Source of the DNA: Oopsacas minuta
Taxonomy: Eukaryota > Animalia > Porifera
Reading direction: 5' to 3'
NCBI GenBank assembly: GCA_024704765.1
Contig: JAKMXF010000333.1
Span: 1 to 64,000 of the forward strand
DNA: 64,000 nucleotides
How positions within the stretch are numbered: position 1 is the first letter of the stretch; each line of letters begins with the position of its first letter. The notes below the pieces were generated by a model. It saw only the letters and a program-made list of their open reading frames with translations. It had not been told where the DNA came from and did no database searches. Below are positions 49,501 to 61,540 of the stretch, piece after piece. Both the position numbers and the translations under genes were made by a program.

Positions 49501-52500
49501 GATAACTTCTAGCAATTGTACAATGACATGGTCAGAGGTATGGATAGTATAAATTCAGAATTATAATAATTATATTCTTCAGGATCATGTTCCGAGGGAT
49601 TTGAATGGAACAAAGCTAATCACAGTTGTATAGACGTTAATGAGTGTACTCAATACAAAGATCAATGTACCCAGATCTGCAAAAATACTGTTGGAAGCTA
49701 CGAGTGTTCTTGCATGACTAATTACTACTTAGCTACATATACCGCTTGCAGCATTATAACGTTTGACACATTAATAGCAGTTTATGGACTGACTAGCAGA
49801 TCTATACATATCAATTGGCAAACGACTTTCACTCCAATCACACACTCTTTCTCTCTCTATTATGTGGTGTATTATCGTGACATTACATCCTTTGCATCCT
49901 CGTATATATATTACGAAAATACAACTGCTCTACAATATACTATCACCAATCTACTACCTTACAGAAACTATCAGCTGTATGTCAGTTCTATAGGAAGTCT
50001 ATCTAGTGGAAAATCCAATACTGTTATAGTGAGAACAAATCAAGACATACCGAGTCAGTCTCCAACTAGTGTCACAATCTTAACAGTCAGTGATACAGAG
50101 ATCAGTTTCTCGTGGTTCGCTCCTAGCAGGGAATCTCAAAATGGTATTATAATTGATTACGTCATTGTAATCAACAATACAGAACACACTGTGAGCGGTT
50201 CTTCTACTTTCTACAAAATTACAAATTTGAAACCACACAAAGTGTACACACTCAGTGTAGCAGCTGCTACCTCTGTTGGGATAGGACCTTACAGTTCTTT
50301 CATCACTATCACCACCCATGAGAGCTTTCCCACATCTACTCCTCTCCTCTCTGTCACTACCATCACTCACACTACAATGACACTCACACTATTCCCTCCT
50401 ACTGATATAGATACTCTCAATGGTGTCATCATCTACTATACTGTCACATACACAGGTATCAGTGTAGACACGTCTACACTGACTGTCAGGGTTACTCCAT
50501 CCACTACAGACTATTTGTCACCTGTTGATGAGACACTGGTTGGATTGCAAGAAGGTGTCTCCTACAACATTCAAGCAGCTGTGAGTACGAGTGTTGGAAG
50601 TGGTCCTTACACTGATGTCATCACTCAGATGACACACGAGATAGCTCCTACTGACACACCTCAGAATATCCAATTTACTACCATCCTAACTACCAGTCTG
50701 TCTCTCAGCTGGGACTCTCCTCCTCTGAGTGAGCAGAACGGAATTATAACAGGTTATCGGTTAGCAAATAGGGGAGTTAGTATTGATACTGAATGGAGAA
50801 ATACAACTCTGGCAACAAATAGTGCTACTTTAGAGAATCTGAGTGAAGGTAGCAAGTATATTATCTACATCTGTGCAGCGAATAGTATGGGAGAGGGTCC
50901 TTGTATTTCCGTCACTGAGACTACTTTAGAAATTCTACCTGATGGCGCTCCAACAATGTTTGTGGTTGAAAACCGAGCTTCTAATTCTCTTTCATTTTCA
51001 TGGACACTCCCTCTTATCGTAGAACGAAACGGAGTAATAATAGCGTTCCACTTGGTAGCAACTGATCTTCAAACTAACATAGAAATCTCTCAAGCTGAGG
51101 TCAGTGGAACAACATTTTTCTATCAGTTCACAGATTTGGAAGAACATCATGAATATTCTATCAAAATTCAAGCAAGAAATTCAATTGGGTACGGACCAGA
51201 TGCTGAGTTAATTGTGTCAACTTCTGAATCATCTCCTGGAGAAGCTCCAGCCAATTTTACCGGTATTCCCACAACTGTTAGTATTACACTATCATGGGAA
51301 GCTATATCCGTTGATCAACAGAATGGAGAGTTGACTTTCTACGAAATTACGTATTTTAACGCAGCAACATTCCTACTACACACTCACGTTGGTACGAACA
51401 TATCCTCATCAGAACTAGAGTATACTATTTATGGCCTGGAAGAAGATGTAGTCTACCATTTCAGAATTAGAGTATATACTTCTGTGGGAGCAGGTCCCTA
51501 CTCCAACGAAATTAGTGTCAGAACTCAAGAAGCTCTACCCTCTAGTCCACCCACAGAGTTCAAGGCGTTTGTGTTGTCAACTACAGAAATACAAGTAGAA
51601 TATGATTATCCTCTCGTTATTAATCAGAATGGAGCAATAACAGGATTTGATATTAGTGTAACTTCTTCAACAGAATCTATTGAGCAGATAATATCGACAT
51701 ATCTGACAAGTTACACTATACACTCTCTCCATCCTTACAGTAGTTATTCCATCCAGGTCAGAGCTATCAATTCTATTGGACATAGTCCTTATACTCCAGT
51801 TATCATAATTACAACCAACCAAGCACTACCAGCCGAAGCACCTACACATCTTACTCTCTTACTGATCACACCTAATTCTGTCAACCTCTCTTGGGATCAG
51901 ATCCCTCCCTCTTCCCTGAATGGAGAGTTTGTAAGCTACAGTGTTCTCGTAACTGCTACTCAAACAACAATTTCCTTCTTATACGCCTCCATCTCACCTC
52001 AGGCTATTATCGCTAGCCTCACCCCCTACACAGAGTACTCACTAGCAGTAGCAGTTGTTAATACTCATGGAACAGGTCCCTACTCATCCTCTGATGTCAC
52101 TTTCACTACTCTTCAGTCACCTCCCTCACAAGGACCTGAACTACTTCCCATTCAAAACATAACTAACACTAGCGCCCTTGTACAGTTTAATTCTCTTCCT
52201 ATACACCTCCAAAATGGACCTATTATCTCCTACACACTCTCTCTCTATGCCAGTGCAGACAATCTCCTTGTTACTTCAATCACCCTCTCCTCTCTCTCAC
52301 ACAACTTATCGACTCTACTTCCATACAGAGAGTACACCGTACAGTTAACAGCTAGCAACTTAGCTGGTACCAGTTCTCCTACTTCTACGAGCTTTATGAC
52401 AGCAGAATATGTACCCACTGGTCCCCCCACCTCTATCTCTGCCACTCCTTACTCCACTTATGTCACTCTGCTATACCAGCCTCCTGAAGCTTCTGAACAA

Positions 52501-55386
52501 AACGGGATCATAATTTATTACTCAATTAAATTTGGTACTTCTATCAGCACAACTATCTACACTACACACATGACAGAATATTCAGTCTATGATCTAGAGG
52601 AATTCACTCAGTATCAATTTAGTATTACTGCCTGGACCAGTATCGGTATAGGACCCTACAGTTCAGAACTCTATGTATCAACTCTTCCATTCCCTCCGTC
52701 TGCAGCGCCACAGAATGTGACGGGTACACCTCAATCTTATCATTCTATATTTGTTAGTTGGTATCATATTCCTGCTATCCATCAGAATAGCCTTATAATC
52801 AGTTACATTGTCTACTATCAAGAACAAGAACATGACACTAGTGAGGGAAAGCGAACAGTTGATGCTTTCAAAACTGATACCATAATCACACCCCTGAAGC
52901 CTGATGAGGTGTACTCTATCATTGTAGCAGCTGTTAATTCTGGAGGTATTGGTCCTCTATCTGTTCCAATTTATGTCAGAACACTACAAGGATTGCCAAC
53001 TGCTGCTCCTACTCAGGTAATAGTTGTATCTACGTCATCATCTTCATACATAGTCAGCTGGATTGGAATTCTTGCACAGCATCACAATGGATTGCTATTA
53101 TCTTATGAAATTGTGTCTCAAGGTGCAAACTATGACATGTCTCCATTGAGAATAAAAACTGGTTTGAATACGACATCATTAGTAGTGACTGGTTTGCATC
53201 CAGCAGTAGAATACACTGTGTATGTGTTTGCATCGAATGCAATTGGAAACGGTCCTGCTTCTGATTCAGCCTCTCTCTTGTTGCCAGAATCAACTCCTAA
53301 TGTAGCTCCTTCAATTATAGATTCTTCTTCAGGGAAAAATTGGATATTCGTGGTTTGGGAAGAAATTGACGGAATAGATCGTAATGGACTTATTCTACTA
53401 TATGAACTTAGATTCACGCCATCATCAGATACCCAATTCGTATTCATTAATATCAGTGCACCTACTATTAACTCAAATCTAACAGGTTTAAACATTGATA
53501 CGTATTATGCAATAGAAATACGAGCTTATACCAGTGCAGGTCCTGGACCATTCTCTTCAGAACAATTCTTATCAACAGATAATCATGTCTGTATAGTGTG
53601 TGTGAATGGTGAGTGTTCTCAAGATTATGCTGAGAGCATCTGTCAGTGCAATCCAGGTTTCACAGGTCAAACTTGTGATATCAACATTGATGACTGTCTT
53701 GATGTTAACTGTGATCATGGTAGTTGTACAGATGGAGTTAATAAATATATTTGTGAATGTGATGACGGGTATCAAGGACAGCTGTGTGACATAACAACTG
53801 GTACACCTGTCTGTGGAGAAGTGCTTTATCTCAACTTCCTATGGCTTGATACAGCTTATAGTGATACAGTTGTTCTTCCTTGTTCTGATTCTGACTCTCT
53901 ACTATTCGGTGATGCCAGTCGTTCCTGCTCAGCTGATGGCTCATGGTTGCCACCTAATGTGAATAATTGTATGAAGAAAGTTTATAATGATCTGGATATA
54001 GAAGGTGATTTAATACTCTCTCCTGAAGATGTTATTGATAGCGTTGCTAATCTGCAGAATATTTTCTGTGTAGTTGATTCGGGGTCTGGCCCCACTTTCT
54101 TCCCAAGTGAGATCGAGATATTGATTGAAGTTATAGTGAATGTTCTGGATTCAGTAGACAGTCAGAATGAATCTACTCGAGTAGACCTTCTTCCTCAGAT
54201 GATGCCTGGGGTTCTGTGCATGTTTTCTGGCATACTCGACTCGAGGAATCTTGAGTTGTTTCATCTCTCTACTGACTCTGTACTAGCTATTGAAATATAC
54301 GAGCTGATAGAGAGAATTGCTAAGTTAAATGCAGAGAATTACGACACCACTAATTCTGACTTCACACTCTTCTCAAAAGAAAATATTCATATGTACATTA
54401 CTCCTCTGACTGATGGACAATCCGTCACACTACCAGATTACGATCTGTCAGCTGTCAAAGATACAGGTCTCTATCCAAGCAGTATATCAATCCCTGGGAG
54501 TGAGGTATCGAATCTATTCTCCAAATCCAATGGAGTAGTGCCTGTAATTGCTGTTGTGTTTAGTCGCTATTTGGGTCAAGCAATCGGCACTTCTTCTTTA
54601 AACACTGATCTAGATACTACTACCATCAGCACAGGTGTAATTTCTGTACAGAATAGCCTGGGAGAACCTCTCACATTCTCTTCTCCCATTACTCTAACTC
54701 TAAAACTACTCAATTCTGCAGAATCTAAACTAAAATATACTTGTGTGTATTGGGATAATACTACACAGGCTTGGACTTCCTCTGGACTAAGCTATGCTGG
54801 AGAAAGTTCAGAATATTTCAGCTGTTTCAGCACACATGCTACTAGCTTTTCTGTACTTTCATTCAAATATGAGGGTCCCAATGATCAAATTATCATTACA
54901 GGTTCTATTAGTGCAATTTTATGCCTTCTGGTTGTATTCGTCTCTTGCTCTATATGGTTCCTTTACAATTATTTCAAGAGGAAAGATTTTAAGTTTATTG
55001 ATTTGCAAAGACAGTCAGAAACAGTGGGCCATCCGCTACAGTCAGATGATGCTTCCTTTAATCCATTATATGATCACAATAAAGACAAATTGGACATGAT
55101 ATATCAAACAGAACAAGAAAAATCTAAGAATTATTCAATTATTGATATCGAACATCACGAAGATAGACAAAATGCAGAAATAAAATCCAAACCCTCTACG
55201 GAGCCATTCGCTGAAGATATTGAGATTGACAACAAGGAGGTAGATGACCCTTCAATGTCTGAATCGAATGCATTTAAAACAGATTCTGACAACCTAACTG
55301 AAAATTTCTATGATTGCATAGCTTCTGAGGATGTACAGCCTGGTTCTTCAGTTCATTCTGAAGATGAACACAGTGATGATATATAA
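46512..55386 (+). CDS. 4-exon, about 2160-aa single-pass receptor: SP-MNNL(C2)-DSL-cbEGF-13xFN3-2xEGF-HRM-GAIN/GPS-TM-NPxY tail
   Basis: Exons 46512-46565, 47593-47892, 48814-49138 and 49583-55386; GT-AG introns, phases 0/0/1, 6483 nt open. DSL CDDNYYSTFCTVYCIAEDSTSGHYTCNSVTGGKICNTGYSGTNC; cbEGF DVNEC; HRM C..W..T....VLPC...RSC..DGSW....NC; GPS CVYWD...W...G...CFSTHATSFSVL; one TM; FNPLY. Confidence 0.88.
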
Positions 55387-56191
55387 TTAGCCAATATTCC
55401 AATATTCTAAAATATTTGATAATATGAATTATTTATTTACATTCTTTAGTTTTATATCATAATTTTTAAATTTTAATTTTTGTAGAATTTTTAGTTTTAG
55501 TTACTATTCATTTGTATCTAATTTTATGTTAATTAACATGAATTTAAGAAACGTCCATTTACAAATCGAAATACACTCTATCACTCTATCTCGATTATTC
55601 GAATTCGTTGGGCCTGTCAAGAACGTTCTGATAATCGAGGTTGCACTGTAGTTATACTGTAACATCAAACAGTTTTAGCACTGTTACTGTTCTCTTCGGA
55701 TAACCCTGCTATCGTATACCCCATTGTTGGATGCCATGCGACCTTCGTCAGCTAATTTTTCCTAAGTATAAAACAGAAACTGTGCAACCTTTAGGTTGCT
55801 CTTAAGTATATCAGAAATTTTTAGTACAGCAGCTATAGGGAGATGCCCCTAATGGCATGGACAATGTGCGACGTCCATACAGATGTCCGTCCGTTAGCGG
55901 TCGTGCGAAATCTAGGTACACATACATTTTGGGGCCGGAGATTTGCAACTCGGGGATGAATAGTTCTAAAGTGAATATTTCACACTCTCTATGTAAAATA
56001 CAAAATCAAGCTAGAGATTAGGTTTCAACATGTTGTCAGGGGTAATTGGGTGCGTAGAGTCCGTATTTGAGATTTTCAGAGTTTTAAAGTTACAAATTCA
56101 CAGATTTATCATATGTTTCACACCTTTTTGCATATTTTTCAAAATCATGCTAGAGATTTCTTTTAAAAGCTATTCAGGGGCAGTCCAGTAT

Positions 56192-56631
56192 GTGGATTTC
56201 AAATTTCATTCCTTCAAATCTATTTCTAAATTAGACATAGATTGAAAGAATGAAATTTGAAATCTACATAATCATATGATAAATCATTTAGATAATCTAC
56301 ATCACTTATCATATGATTATGTGTAGATTTCAAATTTCTCTAATCGCCAATAATATGAAATTGGTAGATTTCACCCGAATAAATTATTAATATGTAAGAA
56401 TTCATAAAAGTCACATAGAAAATTTCAGAGCGAAATGACATCTTAGCGTAATTGGCAAGTATGTATTAACATTCTACATGGACATTTTTGATACATATTT
56501 GCCAATTACGCTAGTAGATGACGTCACTTCGAGCTGTAAATCTTCACAAATGTGACTTTTGTGAATTCTTGCATATCAAATAATACATTTATTCGGTAGA
56601 AATTGTACCAGTTTCATATTATCGACGATTA
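56192..56631. repeat. Cluster of overlapping/adjacent palindromes (foldback-like)
   Basis: Arms 56192-56222/56238-56267 and 56252-56282/56306-56338, plus a long imperfect hairpin at 56341-56631. Confidence 0.8.
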
Positions 56632-57775
56632 TAGAATTTCATATCAAAATATATCCACTTCCTTCTATCCCTGGTCCATGAAAATTGACTCAGTGGTCAG
56701 GCCTTCTCTTTAGTAAGCTGGGGAATTTCTCAAATCTGAGATGTCGCATAACTATGTACTTATGATTTATCGTGTTCGCAAGAAAGTAATTAGAATTCAA
56801 TAAAACTTAACTAAATATATCGAATGTGCAGAATACGATTTTTCGAAATTCGTTCAAACGATGAAAAGGCTGCCCAACATGTGTAATATAGTAATACATA
56901 TTTGTCATAATATAATTTGATTCAATTAATTATTTAGTTTTGAACATTTTAGATTTTCCAAAAGTTGTATAACATTTCGGAGCTGTTCGGGTAAGCGAGG
57001 GTCTACTTTATTTACAACATGATGTTCACAGCTCAGTATTATTACCATCACTTCCTCTCTTCTAATAACTAAACAAAATGATAGTCTTTAGAGTGGTAAG
57101 TAAATTATTTCATTTTTCGAGATTGATGCATGAACACTGTAATGTTTCAAGTCTGAAAGTCAATTATAGAGTTTCATTTCACTTTATGAAGGGGTCCAAT
57201 TGGAAGAGGTAGGAAGGTGACCAGCATTCGGTTCTCTTAGGTTGGGGTCTATGCATCTATTTTGCTAATGCCAATAATGTTCATTATGATATTGTACTTG
57301 CCATGACCAAATTTAATTCTAAAGAATATACTTTTCGATCTTAAAATATAATCTTTAGAATTAATTTTGAGTGTTTCGATCAAAAATATCTTAAACAAAG
57401 CGTAACCTGAGTTTCACGCTTAAAGCGTTAGACTTGGCAACTTACAGGGGAAAATTGAACCCCAATATAGAGGTAATACTGAAATATACTTTTATCTACA
57501 GCTCTAGAATCTAGAGTATACAAGGTATATCTATACACGTAATTCCGTGTGATTGAGTGAGTAATTACTAATATGATACAAAGGTGGTGGCGCCACGGAG
57601 GCTACAACCCCTCTGAAGATATTTTGGTGGGGACTTAGCCCTCCTAAAGTTCAAACCTGTTTAGGAATCAATGTAAGTCGAGTGCTGTGATATACTCGTA
57701 CTACTTTTATATATTTCTCTCCCTAAAAGTCAATTTGTATGTTACACCCTAAATCCAGAAAAGTTGAAATTACTA

Positions 57776-59105
57776 CGGGCGTTCAATAAGTAGTCGTTAT
57801 TCCAAATTTTGTAAGTCGGAATATTTCGACCTAGATCAAACTGAATTTTCTAATAACAATCCATCCATTGTGAATTCAATAATGCAGAGCTTTTTTGATT
57901 CTGATGTCTCGTTGAAATATTGTACCTATTTACATTTTGACAGTTTATTATAGTAACATTTTTAATGGCTTCAAAAAGTACAGATTTCAAAATTGAGCAG
58001 AGAGCATATGTGAAGATCAGAACACTGCTCAAGGTTTCACCAACAGATGTCCACAAAGATTTAGAGGAAGTTTATAAGGATACAGCACTTCCATATTCCA
58101 CTGTTGTTGATTGGGCTAGACGCTTTCGTGAAGGTAGTGTCCATTGAAGATGGGGCAAGAATAGGGAGACCAGTTTCCAGCACCAATGACAAAAATATCC
58201 TTGAGGTATCCGCGTTACTTGAAGAAGACCCTCATATCACGCTTGTGGAGATAGCTGATGCGGTTGGTATCTCAACGGGAACTGCTCAAGCTATTGTACA
58301 TGATAATATGAAATTCCGAAAGATATGTGCTCGATGGGTGCCGCATTTACTAACTCAGGCCCAGAAAGCAAAGAGGGTCCAATGCGCTACTAAATTGCTC
58401 TCTGAGTTTGATCGAACTGACTCCAGAAGGTTATTTGAGATAGTAACAGGTGACGAAACTTGGGTACGTTATTCTGAGCCTTTATCAAAAGAAGCAAACA
58501 AAGTATGGGTGGCAAAAGGACAGGACCCACCAATGATCCCTCGACATGACTTTCGGGATCCGAAGGTTATGTACTGTATATTTTTTGATTCTAATGGTCC
58601 AGTGTGCCAGATTTGTGTCCCCAAATACCAAACAATAACAGGCTCCTTCTACACCAATGAGTGTCTAACAGAGGTTGAAAAATTCTACCAAAATCGACGG
58701 CCAAGGACTGGAACTCGTGGATTGCGAATATTGCATGATAACGCCCGACCGCACAAGACAAAGCTGGTTAGAGAAAAGTTAGAAGCTATGAAATTTGTGG
58801 AGCTAGATCACCCTCCCTACTCGCCAGATCTAGCTCCCTGTGACTTTTGGTTGTTTCCAAAGCTAAAGAAACATCTATCAGGCAGGAAATTCGAGAGTCG
58901 AGCTCAGATAGGATCGGCGATTTTCCAGTATATGAAAGGTGTACCAACCGAAGACTACAAAAAGTATTTTTCGATTGGATAAAAAGGCTGAAATTGGTTT
59001 TACAGCACGAAGGGGAATACTTTGAGAAACTCCATCACTGATTACACAATTGTGCTAGAAAAATTTAGAATTACAATGTGATAACGACTACTTATTGAAC
59101 GCCCG
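57776..59105 (+). mobile_element. Mariner (DD34D) element, young but frameshifted
   Basis: Perfect 25-bp TIR CGGGCGTTCAATAAGTAGTCGTTAT with TA flanks; GDETW, HDNARPH and SPDLAPCD (34-residue spacing); frameshifts near 58135 and 58970. Confidence 0.95.
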
Positions 59106-59410
59106 TAGTAAGTATTAGTACATTTCCACCTTATATCATAAATGTAGTTATTGTAATGGGCGGCACTGTTAAGTCAAATTAAAGTTCAACTATTCTGCAG
59201 AAACTTTTGAACCATTTTCTCCTACTCCATATTCATTGTGTTATGAACTTCCATATTAGGCATTTTTAGTTTCATCCCAGCGCCACTGATATGATACACT
59301 TGCAAGAATTATGTTACATACATTCTTACGTATGATATTGTAATGTATAGTAAATCCTTCAGTATATATATAAAGCGTATAAGTTACCTGAGAATATATT
59401 AATTTTTATA

Positions 59411-60620
59411 ATGGAATTTCCAGTTATATTATCCACAAATCTCCCACAAGATGTATGTGGGATTGATGAGAGGGTGAGGGTGGATCCCATGACATCTCCT
59501 CCATATAACTGGATATGTTTCTTGTCGATAGAGTCACATGACGGACAGAAGTAGATTGCTAGCGGTTTCAAGATAAACTTACCAGAAATCAACTGCATGT
59601 TAGTTGTTACCAGCGGGCATTGTACCTACGTTAATAACAATTATGCTAAGAAGATTTTGGTTACTTTTCCTAATCAAGGAACTGTGACTGCCTTCGCGAA
59701 AGATTTGTACGCTTCTCCTGAATATATCGCTACTGGGAATCCAGATTTTGATTACGGCTTGATCTTACTAGCTGGGAATAGTGACGATGGTTTTGGTTGG
59801 ACATCTATCATCCAAGACAGTGAACTCGATGCTCGTTTAGTCACTAATTGTGGTTATCCAGGTGATAAGCCGCGTGCAATTCTGTGGATCACAGGCGGTC
59901 CAATACATAGTTTTACGCCGAAAAGAATTTATTATATGAACGACACAGCCGGAGGTCAGAGCGGTAGTCCAGTTTACACATGGTGCGGGGGGTATTGGAC
60001 CGTTCTAGGGGTTCATAGTTACTGGTTGTCCCAACTCAGCGGTTAGATTCACTCCTGAAATGATTAGACGTTTCTACAAACGTGCAAATGCCCTCAACTC
60101 AGTAACTATAAGATCTGCCAAATTCCCTGATGTATATCTACGTTGTGATGGTAGTAAAGTGGACAAGTTTACTGGTCCTGGTAGTGGTGTTGTGAATTGT
60201 CAATACAAACCAGATGAGGAGTGGGAGCTCTTTCATATATACCCAATTGCGATGAAACCCTCTCTTGCACCACCTTCTGAATTTCCAGTACATATCCTAA
60301 GTGCTGAATGGGATAATGTGTACATTAGGATGGATGGATCGGGTATGGACAAGCCAAATGCCTCAGGTGGTGGTTGTGTTAATTGTCAATATGGTGCTAG
60401 AAGCTACGAGCAATTTTATTACCGCTCTGAGGGGAATGGAGGATTAGATGGCAAATTCTCCTTTCGAAGCATTTATTTTCCGCACTGCTACCTTCGTCTT
60501 GACGGAACTAACGTTGTCGCACACACTGGTCCTGGTGGTGGTACAGTAAATTGCCAGTATTATGACAATCCTAGTAGCGCTTTGCCAAATGGTGTAATGG
60601 AAACCTTTTACATTTCATAG
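59411..60620 (+). pseudogene. Bacterial-type glutamyl-endopeptidase (V8/trypsin fold) fused to a three-repeat beta-trefoil-like domain; disabled
   Basis: VCGIDERVRV...PYNWIC, TSGHC (His), DFDYGLI (Asp), GGQSGSPV (Ser); TAG at codon 48 (59552); frameshift at about 60021 (restored GVHSY-GCPNSAVRF); three S..FP.VYLR.DG....GGG.VNCQY repeats. Confidence 0.85.
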
Positions 60621-61540
60621 TTGGCTATTTTTAGTAGATTCGTTTCCTCTAACTTGAATAAGCTATAGATTCTAGAACATTCTATGTATAGTTATCATTA
60701 CGTATCTAGCTTGTGCTTAGTTACTGGTATGTATATATACTCTAATTCAATATTATAATAGGTATTGTTGTTCTCAAATTATCCCTTAAAACTTCGCTCG
60801 CTTCTACACAAAGTGTAATAACTAACAAGTAGGTTGAATCCTAACTCACTTGGGGTGTATGCTGTTATGTCAGCTAAAACTATAATAGGATAAGTGCTGA
60901 AACTTCAGGATACAAAGACAATTACCGTTGGTTGTGCATAAAAGCTTTTCAAGTTAGTCTGCCAATTTTGTGTCACTTTACATTTTCCAGATTGTACTAG
61001 TATTTTTGACTATTGTCTACTTATAACAATTGTAGTGTAAGAGGTTATATTCCGTATACGATGGTGTTAATATTATTAATTAAGCTTAGTACACATTGGC
61101 TAGAGACTTTAGAGACTATGAAAATATCGACACAATAGACTCAATTCCTCTGAAGTCATAAACTACATAAAACTTGAAACGGGAATGACTCAATAACGAT
61201 AGCATCTATTTGGGAAATTTTCCCTAGCAACGTAGGAATGTGGCAACATTCCATTCTCTAATTTTGTCCTAACCCTATCGTATGAGCCGTTGTTCGACGC
61301 CGCTAAGCGAGCTGAGTCTAGTTTTACACATATCGAAAAGTTTAATGATCTTTATACACGATTTTACGCGATCGAACCCTGCTGCCTAATATTTTTCATA
61401 TATTTCTTACAGATAAATAATGTCATAGTCTGTGCTCTAAATATAGATAGAGAATTGCTCACAGCTGACATATAGGGGCAATCAAGTACACTTAATCCGA
61501 ATATCGCGTTTCAATATTCTTAATTCTAATATCTAAATTT

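Noticed and set aside
59359-59598. Duplicated minus-strand ORF MQLISGKFILKPL... (also 42870-43109)
   Set aside because: Antisense shadow of the protease N-terminus; its recurrence reflects the segmental duplication.
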